From IMG/VR virus record IMGVR_UViG_3300025174_000005: a stretch of DNA of 64,000 nucleotides; one strand, given 5' to 3'. The notes beneath the pieces are model-generated. The model was not told the origin of the DNA. It did no database searches and worked only from the letters and a program-made list of their open reading frames with translations. Made by a program: the position numbers and the translations under genes. Every line of letters starts with the position of its first letter. The first letter of the stretch is position 1. Source of the stretch: a virus. Below, piece by piece: positions 8,686-18,609 of this stretch.

Positions 8686-9651
8686 TTAAGTGTTTAAAAT
8701 TGTATATACAGTCCCTGCAGTACCATCAGAACCATTAGCACCAGTACCTACACCAGTTCCACCAACACCACCAGGTGCTGAAACGGTATTGCCAGTAACG
8801 GCTGTATCAGTTATTATTATAACTATACCGCCGCCGCCGCCGCCTCCGCCACCACAATTTCCTGTAGTAGGCGTGCCTCCGCCACCACCAAGAGCCCTAA
8901 TAATGCCACTCGTACCTACAATAGAGGGTGATGCAAGAAAAACACATCCTCCTGAACCGCCTCCGCCGCCACCCTTATTAGTACTATCTCCACCGCCACC
9001 TGCTCCACCTGAACCCATAGTTAAGGGGGTATTACCAGTGGTAATAGGTATGAGCCCAGTCCACATGGCTATTGGGACCCTAGCCAATCCACTAGCTGAC
9101 GCTGCTGGCATCCCAGTTGTCCCACCTGTACCACCAGCTCCAGACGCTCCCGCGCCACCATTGCCACCATTTCCACCACCTGCTGATGTAGCTGCACTGC
9201 TACCATTTGAGCCAACCGTTGTTTGTCCTGCGCCGCCCGCTGCACCTGCGCTGCCCCATCTAGCAGTTGGTCCTGCACTGCCTGCGGTTCCAGTAGCACC
9301 ACCGTTGTTCTGTGGTATGTTGAGTGATTGTATGGTTCCATTATTAGTTATTGATGTTGTTGCATATATGCATAATCCTCTTGTATTTAATATAATACCA
9401 GAATTAACGACGATAGTTGTAGCATATACATTACTACTTAAGTTTGTATCACTGGTATAGACAATTGCCCCATCACTTCCATCCCCATAAATTACCTGAC
9501 CTCCAGTAGAACCGCCGCTTGAAGCTATGCTAATATCTTGTCCAGATTGAGTTAATGTCACACCACTACCTTGTGATAAAGTAACATCGCCCTGTAGTGG
9601 AATATTTCCACTTTTAGCTATCGAGTTAACCCTTCCTGGAATAATAGACAT
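8686..9651 (-). CDS. Glycine-rich virion fibre protein
   Basis: N-terminal VNSIAK..LQGDVTL..G.GVTLTQSGQDISI module shared with the long fibres; YGDGSDG motif; long GG-rich repeats. Confidence 0.75.
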   Translation of the reverse strand: MSIIPGRVNSIAKSGNIPLQGDVTLSQGSGVTLTQSGQDISIASSGGSTGGQVIYGDGSDGAIVYTSDTNLSSNVYATTIVVNSGIILNTRGLCIYATTSITNNGTIQSLNIPQNNGGATGTAGSAGPTARWGSAGAAGGAGQTTVGSNGSSAATSAGGGNGGNGGAGASGAGGTGGTTGMPAASASGLARVPIAMWTGLIPITTGNTPLTMGSGGAGGGGDSTNKGGGGGGSGGCVFLASPSIVGTSGIIRALGGGGGTPTTGNCGGGGGGGGGIVIIITDTAVTGNTVSAPGGVGGTGVGTGANGSDGTAGTVYTILNT

Positions 9652-9652
9652 A

Positions 9653-10093
9653 TTAAGTAGTAAACTCCTGTATGGCTAAGTTACTTGAAGCAGCAGAAGC
9701 AATGGCATTAATGGCTCCAGTAGTAAATGAGTATTCGTCCATAACCCATGCACCGCCTGCGCCTAATGTAATACCGCTATATAATACAGCAGTAACACCT
9801 AAACCAAACGATATAGTATTAGTTGATGTATTAGTTAAGATTAATCCTTTGCGAGTAGCGCTAGATGCTACAGCTTGAGCAGATGTAACTCCAACAGTAG
9901 CAGCAGTAGGTGAAGTGGTTGTTAATGCTGTTTTGGTATTAATCGTACCTGATACTGGTTGAGTGGTTGTTCCCGTAGGATCAATTCTGACAGGTGTCAT
10001 ACCAGCGACACCCTGTATGGTTAATATATTGCCAGATGGAGATCCTGGAGTACCTTCTCCTTCTATAGACGCATCGATGGTAACATCAGACAT
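9653..10093 (-). CDS. Small beta-rich virion/decoration protein
   Basis: T/A/G-rich; RKGLILTNTS...GITLGAGG motif. Confidence 0.6.
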   Translation of the reverse strand: MSDVTIDASIEGEGTPGSPSGNILTIQGVAGMTPVRIDPTGTTTQPVSGTINTKTALTTTSPTAATVGVTSAQAVASSATRKGLILTNTSTNTISFGLGVTAVLYSGITLGAGGAWVMDEYSFTTGAINAIASAASSNLAIQEFTT

Positions 10094-10152
10094 AGGAAAC
10101 TCCTTAAGAGAAAATAAATAATAGAATATTGTCTATTTAATTAATAGCATTT

Positions 10153-10186
10153 AAAAGAAGAGAGCCGAGATAGGTCTCGGCTCTCT
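10153..10186 (-). terminator. Intrinsic terminator
   Basis: 12-bp stem agagagccgaga/tctcggctctct, 4-nt loop, followed by TCTTTT on the - strand, downstream of 10210..10998. Confidence 0.85.
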
Positions 10187-10209
10187 GCCCTATGCTTAGT
10201 TAGTTAAAA

Positions 10210-10998
10210 TTATTCTTCGGTCCATGTAATAGATGAGTATATTGTTGCTGTTTCTACATCGTCCATGTTAGTAACTGTAACTCTGAATCTATCGTCACCA
10301 TCAGAGACTAAGGAGATAGCACCATCTACTATATTAAGCTCGACAGTTTCACCAGCATTACCAAAAACAACTCTTTGATCTACAAGTGTTCCTGCGTTTG
10401 CATTGGTTTTTAAGATTGCCTTAAAAGGTACAGATGAGGAAACAACAAAGCGTAAGACCTTACCAGTTGTGGAAGTTGTAATAAATGCTGTATCAGAGGA
10501 ACCTGAAGCACCAGGAGCTAAATCTCCACCATGGGTTAGTACGCCTGAGTCAATTATGGTTCCAGTTGCACCTTCAGTAGATACCTGAAGGATACCAGCA
10601 GCATCAACCTTAAGAAATCTAGCATCGGTTCCATCAGAACCCATCATGATAAGGCCGTCTGTACCTATTGCAGCACCAGCGACACGATCTGCATCGGTAT
10701 TAACGCCTACCTTACCATCACCATCAATTAGTAATGTATCGGTACCATCACTAACCTTAACAACAACATCACCATCTGCATCTGTTTTAACTGAAATCTG
10801 ACCAGTTGCAGATATTGCTAGGATATCAGTACCATCACTGATTTTGGCTACAACATCACCGTCAGTTGCAGTTTTTACAGATAATTGACCAGTTGCAGAT
10901 ATTGCTAATAGATTAGAACCAGCACTATCTACTAACTTTGCGACTACATCTCCAGAATCCTTAGTTTTAACTGCAAAAGGGGTTTGCACATCAGCCAT
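10210..10998 (-). CDS. Virion protein with three 29-aa tandem repeats and a beta-sandwich C-terminal domain
   Basis: DVVAK.SDGTD.LAISATGQ.SVKT..DG repeats; exact 22-nt DNA repeat at 10799-10820 and 10886-10907. Confidence 0.75.
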   Translation of the reverse strand: MADVQTPFAVKTKDSGDVVAKLVDSAGSNLLAISATGQLSVKTATDGDVVAKISDGTDILAISATGQISVKTDADGDVVVKVSDGTDTLLIDGDGKVGVNTDADRVAGAAIGTDGLIMMGSDGTDARFLKVDAAGILQVSTEGATGTIIDSGVLTHGGDLAPGASGSSDTAFITTSTTGKVLRFVVSSSVPFKAILKTNANAGTLVDQRVVFGNAGETVELNIVDGAISLVSDGDDRFRVTVTNMDDVETATIYSSITWTEE

Positions 10999-11171
10999 TA
11001 ATCATCACTCCTTATTTATAGTATACAAAGGACGTCCTCTTAGGACGTCTTCAAGCAAGCCAGCTTTAAAAAGAAATTAATCTTGCATACTATAGAATAG
11101 TCCCCTACGGGCTGTAGGAGACCATTTAAAAACCTTGAAATAGAGCTGTTTATAGGTAATATGTACTATTA

Positions 11172-11372
11172 CTACGCTGGCATCTTGGCAATTTTTTCTT
11201 CTAAATCTGCTACATTTTTTTGAAGATTGAGAATAGCGGTATCTACTTTATACTTCTCGTCTTCTATTTCAAGAAGGCGTAGTTCTTGACGCTGTATAGT
11301 AAGTAAGATTGCATTCCTTTCAAGTTCTAATCTTTTCTTTTCTAGTCTAAGATTGGGACCTACATCAGCCAT
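11172..11372 (-). CDS. Small coiled-coil protein
   Basis: Heptad pattern; AAGGAGG SD. Confidence 0.7.
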   Translation of the reverse strand: MADVGPNLRLEKKRLELERNAILLTIQRQELRLLEIEDEKYKVDTAILNLQKNVADLEEKIAKMPA

Positions 11373-11407
11373 ATACTAATTCCTCCTTATTGGTTCTTTA
11401 CGCGGAC

Positions 11408-13855
11408 TTAGCCCATCATTTCTACTTGTATGTTTGTCCAGCCACCACCCGAACCACTACCACTATGGAAGTTAACAGCGCCACCAACAACCTGAGCCAC
11501 CAACGAAGCTTGCATAGGAGGTCCATAGTTATTGCCTGCATAATATTGGAGTTCCATTAGTGCTTTAGGGATCACCGTAGTAAATGACACGTTAATTATT
11601 TCACCACTATTAGGTAATGTAATTTTTTTATTACCGTCTCCATCTATAACGCGTTCTCCACTTGGTGTAGTAATGCCTGACACCATCGAAGAGAGATATA
11701 ATGTTGGAGTTCCCGATGACTTAGATATGGTAACCTGACCACGAAGTATTACGTCATCTTCATTGGCAAAATCCCAGGCAGTATTTGGCCAATACAAAAA
11801 CTCTACCGCAAATGATGACGGATTAGCAATAGCAGTACATCCAGCATGATATTCAAGAGGTGAAACGGGTCCGTACACGCCACTATCTGGCATTGCGGAT
11901 ATACCAGGACTACCTATGCCTCTCCATGGACCAGGCACAAAAGGCACACAAAACGACGTATCATTTTTGTTACCATAGAAACCTCCACCATATGGAAGTG
12001 GATTACCACAACAGTCACTACCTGTAGCTGATAATACGAAGTCACTTTGCAAACTCGCATAACCTATTATTTTTCTACGATTAAACCTAGATATGACTAG
12101 TCGTTGAGCAGGTGTGTCTACAAACGCACCATTTCTAGTACGTACAATACCAACTAATCTCTTATTAATGCCCCCATTCAAATCTGAGATTCCGCCTGAA
12201 GACCCTGATGGTATTCCCCTCACAGCTACTAGCCGTGCTTCTCCTCCTATATTACTGGCGAATACAGTAACCCAACTATTATTAGTTATATCATTAAGTC
12301 CTGCATCAGACGCAAGCAACCCAATGCTTGAAATAGGATAATTTGTATTATCAATGGTTAGAGTATTACCACCATACCCAATTAGAAGCAGATTGGTGCT
12401 GTTAAGTTCCAACCTACATTGATTAAGAGATCCACCGCCTCCGCCTCCACCGCCTGTGGAGTTAATAGTAATACTACCTGGAGCATTAACTATAGATATA
12501 TCACTACCTGCTATTAAGTTGGCTGCGGTAAAAGCTCCACCACCTGCAGAACCTATAAGTAATTGTCCATCAGTTAAAGCAGGAGCAACTACGATTGCTG
12601 AAGTATTAGAGATTATAGCTCTATTGACAACTAATGCAGCACCACTATTAGTGCCGCCTTTAGATATTGGAAGAACACCTGTTGTTCCTGCTCCGTCAAT
12701 TACAAGAATATTATATTGTGGTGGATTGCCTGCTCCCATACTTACTAGTGGTAAATTAGCCGTACCACCAGGCATCTGCCCTAAGGTAAGGGCTCCCAAA
12801 CTTACATCGGCTAATGTAAGTGCTTTAAAATATGGATCTCCTGTTCCGCCACCTGATACTAATATTATATTATTACCTGATGTTGGATTATCAGTTAATC
12901 TTGATAAAGACAATATACCTGTAGTATTAGCTAAATCTAAATCTCCAAACATAGGACCTGGACCACCCTGAGAACGGAGCACCTTCCCTGCTGTTGCAGG
13001 ATCTATTAAGTTAACAGCAAATAACCCTGTTGTATGTAATGTAAGATCTAATTTACCCCAAGTTGGCTGTGCGCCTACGCCTCCAGACAATAATACATTA
13101 TTGGTGGCTACATCAGCAAGTTTAGCTAACGTAGTTGCAGTGTTAGCTACAAGTAAATCTCCTATTGTATAGGAAGCAAAACCCGTACCGCCTTCATTAG
13201 CAGGTAATATGCTTGATAAGTCAAAACTACCAGGAGGAACAGCTGCTGCTGTTAATGTAATATTTTGAGCAACTTGGGTAAGAGTTATTCCGCCACCTGA
13301 TAAGAAAAGAATATCTCCATACGTAGGTGAACCACCAGGTATAGTTATGGAATGAATACCTTTATGAGTATGATCTGACTTTGCTATGTTTGGTGATGTA
13401 CCAGGTAAAGAACCAGTGGCTATCTCTGTAGGCATACTACTTGATAACTTAGTGTCTATAGTAATATCACTGCCACTTTGAGTAGCTACTACCGCATTGG
13501 TCGATGATAGTACGATATCTCCATGTAATTCAGGTTGTCCTGTTAGGGAAAAACTATGTAATCCTTGATGAGTATGGTCACTTAATACATAAGCGATTCC
13601 ACTACCTATATTATTAGCTAAAGCAATATTCTGAGATGTACCTGGCGCCAATAGAGATCTTAATACGGAAGCTCCAATATTATCGTATAATTCTATATTG
13701 CCAGAGTTCTTCTGCAATAAAATAACTGAACTATCAGATGGTGTAGCCATAAATTTAATACCAGGTAAGCTACCACCCAATATAATAGGTTGATTGAAGG
13801 TTTTAATACCTGTTATTGTATCGTTCGTATTTAATGTTATATGTCGGTTAGGCAT
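11408..13855 (-). CDS. Long tail fibre paralog 1 (815 aa)
   Basis: HxHxG motifs, GGTG...YTIGDLL, G/P-rich repeats, unique C-terminal domain. Confidence 0.8.
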   Translation of the reverse strand: MPNRHITLNTNDTITGIKTFNQPIILGGSLPGIKFMATPSDSSVILLQKNSGNIELYDNIGASVLRSLLAPGTSQNIALANNIGSGIAYVLSDHTHQGLHSFSLTGQPELHGDIVLSSTNAVVATQSGSDITIDTKLSSSMPTEIATGSLPGTSPNIAKSDHTHKGIHSITIPGGSPTYGDILFLSGGGITLTQVAQNITLTAAAVPPGSFDLSSILPANEGGTGFASYTIGDLLVANTATTLAKLADVATNNVLLSGGVGAQPTWGKLDLTLHTTGLFAVNLIDPATAGKVLRSQGGPGPMFGDLDLANTTGILSLSRLTDNPTSGNNIILVSGGGTGDPYFKALTLADVSLGALTLGQMPGGTANLPLVSMGAGNPPQYNILVIDGAGTTGVLPISKGGTNSGAALVVNRAIISNTSAIVVAPALTDGQLLIGSAGGGAFTAANLIAGSDISIVNAPGSITINSTGGGGGGGGSLNQCRLELNSTNLLLIGYGGNTLTIDNTNYPISSIGLLASDAGLNDITNNSWVTVFASNIGGEARLVAVRGIPSGSSGGISDLNGGINKRLVGIVRTRNGAFVDTPAQRLVISRFNRRKIIGYASLQSDFVLSATGSDCCGNPLPYGGGFYGNKNDTSFCVPFVPGPWRGIGSPGISAMPDSGVYGPVSPLEYHAGCTAIANPSSFAVEFLYWPNTAWDFANEDDVILRGQVTISKSSGTPTLYLSSMVSGITTPSGERVIDGDGNKKITLPNSGEIINVSFTTVIPKALMELQYYAGNNYGPPMQASLVAQVVGGAVNFHSGSGSGGGWTNIQVEMMG

Positions 13856-13884
13856 ATGTATCCCTTTTATCCATTTTAGCGGCC

Positions 13885-16185
13885 TTAGCCGTAGTATTCT
13901 ACTTCAAAAATATAAACCGATCCTGTTCCTATTCCAACGGTAGTACCAAGTGTTTGAATCACTCCAACCGCTGTCTTTAGGGTTGTAGGATCAGTAAATC
14001 CAGCAGCTACACCTAAAGAAGATTTTTGATTCAATGAAGCTGTTAGGTTTAAATTGCGTAATCCACTAACGGATGTATTGGTAGTCCTAACCGTATTACT
14101 CAATAAAGCACTTGGAAGAGATATGGCTTGTACAAAACCACCTGTTGAATTTGCAAAACCAAGTTCTATACCCATAATAGCTGTCCCAACACCATAGATA
14201 CCTGTGTGTAGTTTATACACAACAGGTTCAGACATGCGATTCCCGTTACTTAGATCACTTAAATAATAACCCCAACTTAAAAATCTAGGCAATGCAGTAA
14301 GTAAAACATCTTCCTTTAATCTAAACCACTTCGTCCCACCAAAAGGTGATGTAGTTGAAACATTACCTAAATCGCCTAAGACAACACGCGCTATCTTCTT
14401 ACGTCGATTGAAATAAGAGAGCACATATCCTCTTGGTTCACCCTGGTCAACATCAACCCATGTAGTTGTGCTGGTTGTTCTAGCCATACCAACTAATCTA
14501 CGCGTATTATCTCCTGTCTTATTAACTACACCACCTACTGTTGAGGCTCCTGTTGTGGAAGCCTCTAGAGCGACTGCACTACCTGTCCAGTATGCATATA
14601 TAAAATAAGTAGTTTCAGGTAATAGTCCAGATGGAGTTAATACATTGGGTAATCCTCTATAAGGTATATATCTAGGTATACCACCTATGTCTAAAAACGA
14701 TCCCTTTCCTTCGTCAGGTTTTAATGCTATATTGGGTGCGTCGTAAACCAAGTAACATGATGTATTGCTGTTATCTGGATCTCCAGATCCTCCGCTTCTT
14801 GCTATCGTTATACTATTGGCTGCATTTGTAATGGCAATACCTGTGCCAGCTGTTAGTACCCTACCTTGAGGTAAACTACCTGTAGCACCAATTAATGTAG
14901 CTCCATTACCATCAGACCAACCTGCTTGGCCAATTACAGCACCACTAGAGTATGCCCATCTACCATTAATATATCCAGTTAGATTATTAATGAATGTTCC
15001 ACCTTTAGCGATGGTTAATAAACCACCCAAACCTGTATTAATACCTACTGGACCCCATATAGGATCTGCACCTACACCTTGACCTATTAAACACTGACCA
15101 GCTATAGAGCCATCAGGTATCTGAGCTAGTGAAATTGTTCCTGTAAGGGATGTAATGTCTAAAGTACCCCAGTGAGGATCAGCACCTGGACCACCAGCCA
15201 ATAATACCTTATCAGCAACAGGGTCATCTTGTAAGTTTGCTAAAGCAAGTGTACCTGCTGTATTAGCCAAATCTAACATACCCCAACCTACGATTCCTCC
15301 TGTTAATGTAAGCAATGCTTGACCAACAATGCCAGGTGTAATAGCTCCAAGAGGTAGTGTTCCTATAGTATGATTGGAAAGATTTGCTTTGCCATAAGAA
15401 GGTATTGCTCCTATACCACCAGAAAGTAAGAGGTTGCCTTGAGCAGCATCAGCCAACCTACCTAGCACATTAGAGGCTGTAGCAACTATTAAATCACCTA
15501 CGGTGTAATTGCCTAATCCTGTACCGCCATTGGCAACAGGTAGTATACCTAGAGCAAGTAAGCTTCCAGGTACTCCAGTAGAATCTATAGTAATAGTATT
15601 GCCTACTTGCGTGAGGACAATATCCGTACCTTCTGATAAAGTTGCATCGCCAACCAATTCTGGTTGACCTATTACTTCAATCGAGCGCACACCTTGATGT
15701 ATATGATCTTCTCTACTAACATAAGTACTAGAACCAGCAGAACTACCTGTAGTGACAGGTAGGGCAGAACCTACTCCGTATCCTAGGGATACTAGTATAT
15801 TTTGTGCTGCTTGTGTAAGTATAGATGCACCAGCTACTTTAATGGTAATATCACCAAACATAGGAGTGCCAAGCATTAAAGAGTGTATACCTTGGTGTTT
15901 ATGATCTGCTAGAGAGTATGTATTGTTAGATCCAGTGGTATTGGATAATCCTATATCACTTGCATCTACCGTAGACAGTAATTTAATTAGAACAGAACTA
16001 CTTAATTCATCGTATAGTTCTATGTCACCACTAATCTTACGTAGCGTTAGCATAGTAGGATCAAGTAATGTATCTAGGAATGTAATAGAAGGAGTACTAC
16101 CACTGACTATAGGAGCAGTAGAAAAGGTTTTAACACCAGAGATCTGGTCATTGCTATCTGTAGTTATATGTAAGTGATCTGTCAT
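13885..16185 (-). CDS. Long tail fibre paralog 2 (766 aa)
   Basis: Same architecture as its neighbours; divergent C-terminus. Confidence 0.8.
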   Translation of the reverse strand: MTDHLHITTDSNDQISGVKTFSTAPIVSGSTPSITFLDTLLDPTMLTLRKISGDIELYDELSSSVLIKLLSTVDASDIGLSNTTGSNNTYSLADHKHQGIHSLMLGTPMFGDITIKVAGASILTQAAQNILVSLGYGVGSALPVTTGSSAGSSTYVSREDHIHQGVRSIEVIGQPELVGDATLSEGTDIVLTQVGNTITIDSTGVPGSLLALGILPVANGGTGLGNYTVGDLIVATASNVLGRLADAAQGNLLLSGGIGAIPSYGKANLSNHTIGTLPLGAITPGIVGQALLTLTGGIVGWGMLDLANTAGTLALANLQDDPVADKVLLAGGPGADPHWGTLDITSLTGTISLAQIPDGSIAGQCLIGQGVGADPIWGPVGINTGLGGLLTIAKGGTFINNLTGYINGRWAYSSGAVIGQAGWSDGNGATLIGATGSLPQGRVLTAGTGIAITNAANSITIARSGGSGDPDNSNTSCYLVYDAPNIALKPDEGKGSFLDIGGIPRYIPYRGLPNVLTPSGLLPETTYFIYAYWTGSAVALEASTTGASTVGGVVNKTGDNTRRLVGMARTTSTTTWVDVDQGEPRGYVLSYFNRRKKIARVVLGDLGNVSTTSPFGGTKWFRLKEDVLLTALPRFLSWGYYLSDLSNGNRMSEPVVYKLHTGIYGVGTAIMGIELGFANSTGGFVQAISLPSALLSNTVRTTNTSVSGLRNLNLTASLNQKSSLGVAAGFTDPTTLKTAVGVIQTLGTTVGIGTGSVYIFEVEYYG

Positions 16186-16263
16186 TTGAATCTCCGATTC
16201 ATAAAATCGAGCAAAGCTCCTTTTATATTCCTTTAACTAACCCCTTATCAGGTTAATTATTAA

Positions 16264-18594
16264 TTAACCCATATAGGTTGCGGTAAGCGACACCGACATG
16301 CCTTGGCTAACTAATTTTGGTATGCCTCCAGAAGCATTGAAAAAAGTAAACCATGCAGGAGAATAAGAGTATGGCAATGGATGAATAGGGAAGTAATCAT
16401 AGCGACTATAACTACTTGTCATGTTCACAACTCTAATTTCTGAAGTTATAGGAACTGTTTCTGCGATCTTTCCAGCACCATATATACCAAGTCCTGCAAA
16501 TACAGTATCACTCACAGTGCCAGCTCCTATACCAAAGTACGTTTCAAAATAAGTGGATAGTCCAGTATTGTTATAATAAGTTATTTCTCCAGTAAGATGT
16601 ACGTCTGGCTCTCCTAAAAAATTGTCTAGAGAGTTCAAAGCTGTATATAGAGAATGAGCACATAATATTTTTACTGGTGTAAAAGTTGTTGTGGGCCAAT
16701 AACCTGTGCCAGAAATACCAGGATCTCCTCCTACTTGTAGATATGATCGGGCAAATCTTAATCTTTGATTAAACAATGACCACAAATATCTTTTACTTTC
16801 TGTATCAATCCATCCACTACCATCATCATTAGTACGTGCAATGCCGACAAATCTTCGTGTGTTATCGCCTAACTTGATTAATACAAAACCACTAGTAAGA
16901 AATTCTCGATATGCATCTATTTGGCCGCCAGAGGCAATTGCTTGTTTCTCTAACTGTATATTGCTGCCATCCCAATAAGCAAATATAGAATATGTGGTTG
17001 CAATAGAAGTACCTAATGAACTAAGTGTTGGTCCATCTCCACTAAACGCCCTATTTACAGGAGATCCAGCTTCGTATATGGTTAAGAAATTGCCATTGTA
17101 GGGTCTTAATCTTAAGTTAAGACCATCTAACACAAGCCTACACTCATGTAGGTCTCTTGCGCTGGCACCTCCACTTGTAGAGGATATGGTAATAGAACCT
17201 GGTCCATTAACAATAGAGATACCTGTTCCTGCTATAATATTGGCTTCTTTAGGTACTCCGCCTGTAGCATTTATAAGTATGCGTCCATCGGTATTAACAG
17301 AACCTGGACCTTGCACAATACTATTGCCATTAAAAATCATAATACGATGATTAGTTGGATCTATTGTTGTATTATTTGTTCCACCCCTATCAAGAGGTAA
17401 TGGTCCTCCAGAAGTAGCATTTGCCTGACTTAAATTAAGAGGTGCATAAGCTGGATCGGGAGGAGAACCAGCGCCTCCAGCTAGTAGCGGCACGTTGGTA
17501 CTAGCGGCGCCTGGTATTTGACTAAGAGTTAAGTCTCCTGTTATTACCCCACTAGGTAAACTTCCATAGTGAGGATCAGCACTTGGTCCACCTGATAGGA
17601 GAGGTTTATTAGCTACTATATCGTCCGCAAGTTTAGCTAAGGGCAATATACCTGTTGTATTAGCTAGATCAAGTAGAGCGTAAGCAACTCCACTACCCGT
17701 AGTTTGAAGAGCTCTTCCTGCAGGAGAACCATCTGCTATGCGAGTAGTGATAAGTGTTCCTGTAAAATGCTGTGATAGACTAGCCTTACCCCAGAAGGGT
17801 ATCTGACCAACTCCACCTGACAAGAGAACATTACCAACAACTACATCACCTAACTTAGTCAAACTAATTGTACTATTAGCTACAAGCAAGTCACCTATTG
17901 TATAACCATTCAATCCCGTACCTCCTGAAGTAACAGGTAGGGGATTTGGTAAGTTAAAGAATGTAGGTAGTGGTCCGCCAGCCCCTGACTGTGATACCGT
18001 AATACCTTGGTTAGCTAAGGTAATTGTCATATTGGTACCAGCTTGGAGAATTATATCTCCAAATAACTGAGTAGAAGCAAGTTTGGCTAGACTGTGTAAT
18101 CCCTTATGTTGATGTCCTGCGCGAGATAACCTGTTAGAGGTACCTTGACTTCCTATGTCCCCTACATCTAAAGCACCAATATTAGATAGATCAGCATCTA
18201 GTCCTATAGTATTACCTGTTTGAGTAAACAGTAATCCTGTGCCAAAACTAAGAGCTACATCTCCGTATAAGTCACTAAACCCATCTGCTTTTACGGAGCG
18301 CACACCTTGATGTGTATGATTAGCTAATGCAAGTTTAGTGCTCGTACCTTGATCTGATGTGTTTGCAACTGACTGAGGTGTTTCTGTACCTAAGAGAGAT
18401 CGTAAAACTACATTAGTAAGATTATCAACTATCTCTATGTCTCCACTTAGTTTACGTACTCTAAATACAGTAGTGTCTAGGGTAGTATCATCCATGATAA
18501 GTGCAGGTGTAATACCAGCTAATACAATAGGCACTAAGAAGGTCTTAAGACCTGTGAGGATATCATTGTTATTAACTGTTACGTGACGTGACAT
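16264..18594 (-). CDS. Long tail fibre paralog 3 (776 aa)
   Basis: Same architecture as its neighbours; divergent C-terminus. Confidence 0.8.
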   Translation of the reverse strand: MSRHVTVNNNDILTGLKTFLVPIVLAGITPALIMDDTTLDTTVFRVRKLSGDIEIVDNLTNVVLRSLLGTETPQSVANTSDQGTSTKLALANHTHQGVRSVKADGFSDLYGDVALSFGTGLLFTQTGNTIGLDADLSNIGALDVGDIGSQGTSNRLSRAGHQHKGLHSLAKLASTQLFGDIILQAGTNMTITLANQGITVSQSGAGGPLPTFFNLPNPLPVTSGGTGLNGYTIGDLLVANSTISLTKLGDVVVGNVLLSGGVGQIPFWGKASLSQHFTGTLITTRIADGSPAGRALQTTGSGVAYALLDLANTTGILPLAKLADDIVANKPLLSGGPSADPHYGSLPSGVITGDLTLSQIPGAASTNVPLLAGGAGSPPDPAYAPLNLSQANATSGGPLPLDRGGTNNTTIDPTNHRIMIFNGNSIVQGPGSVNTDGRILINATGGVPKEANIIAGTGISIVNGPGSITISSTSGGASARDLHECRLVLDGLNLRLRPYNGNFLTIYEAGSPVNRAFSGDGPTLSSLGTSIATTYSIFAYWDGSNIQLEKQAIASGGQIDAYREFLTSGFVLIKLGDNTRRFVGIARTNDDGSGWIDTESKRYLWSLFNQRLRFARSYLQVGGDPGISGTGYWPTTTFTPVKILCAHSLYTALNSLDNFLGEPDVHLTGEITYYNNTGLSTYFETYFGIGAGTVSDTVFAGLGIYGAGKIAETVPITSEIRVVNMTSSYSRYDYFPIHPLPYSYSPAWFTFFNASGGIPKLVSQGMSVSLTATYMG

Positions 18595-18609
18595 CTAGAG
18601 AATTATATC

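Noticed and set aside
8690-9460. 256-aa Pro-rich ORF on the + strand
   Set aside because: Antisense shadow of the Gly-rich gene (GGN codons read as NCC); no SD and opposite to the operon
10094-10110. SD-sequestering mini-hairpin AGGA-GTT-TCCT (a similar one lies at ~57921-57932)
   Set aside because: Four-bp stems with 2-3 nt loops are too weak and expected by chance
11408-18594. Diversity-generating retroelement or invertible fibre shufflon
   Set aside because: No reverse transcriptase, template/variable repeat pair with A-specific mismatches, recombinase gene or inverted cassettes seen in the window
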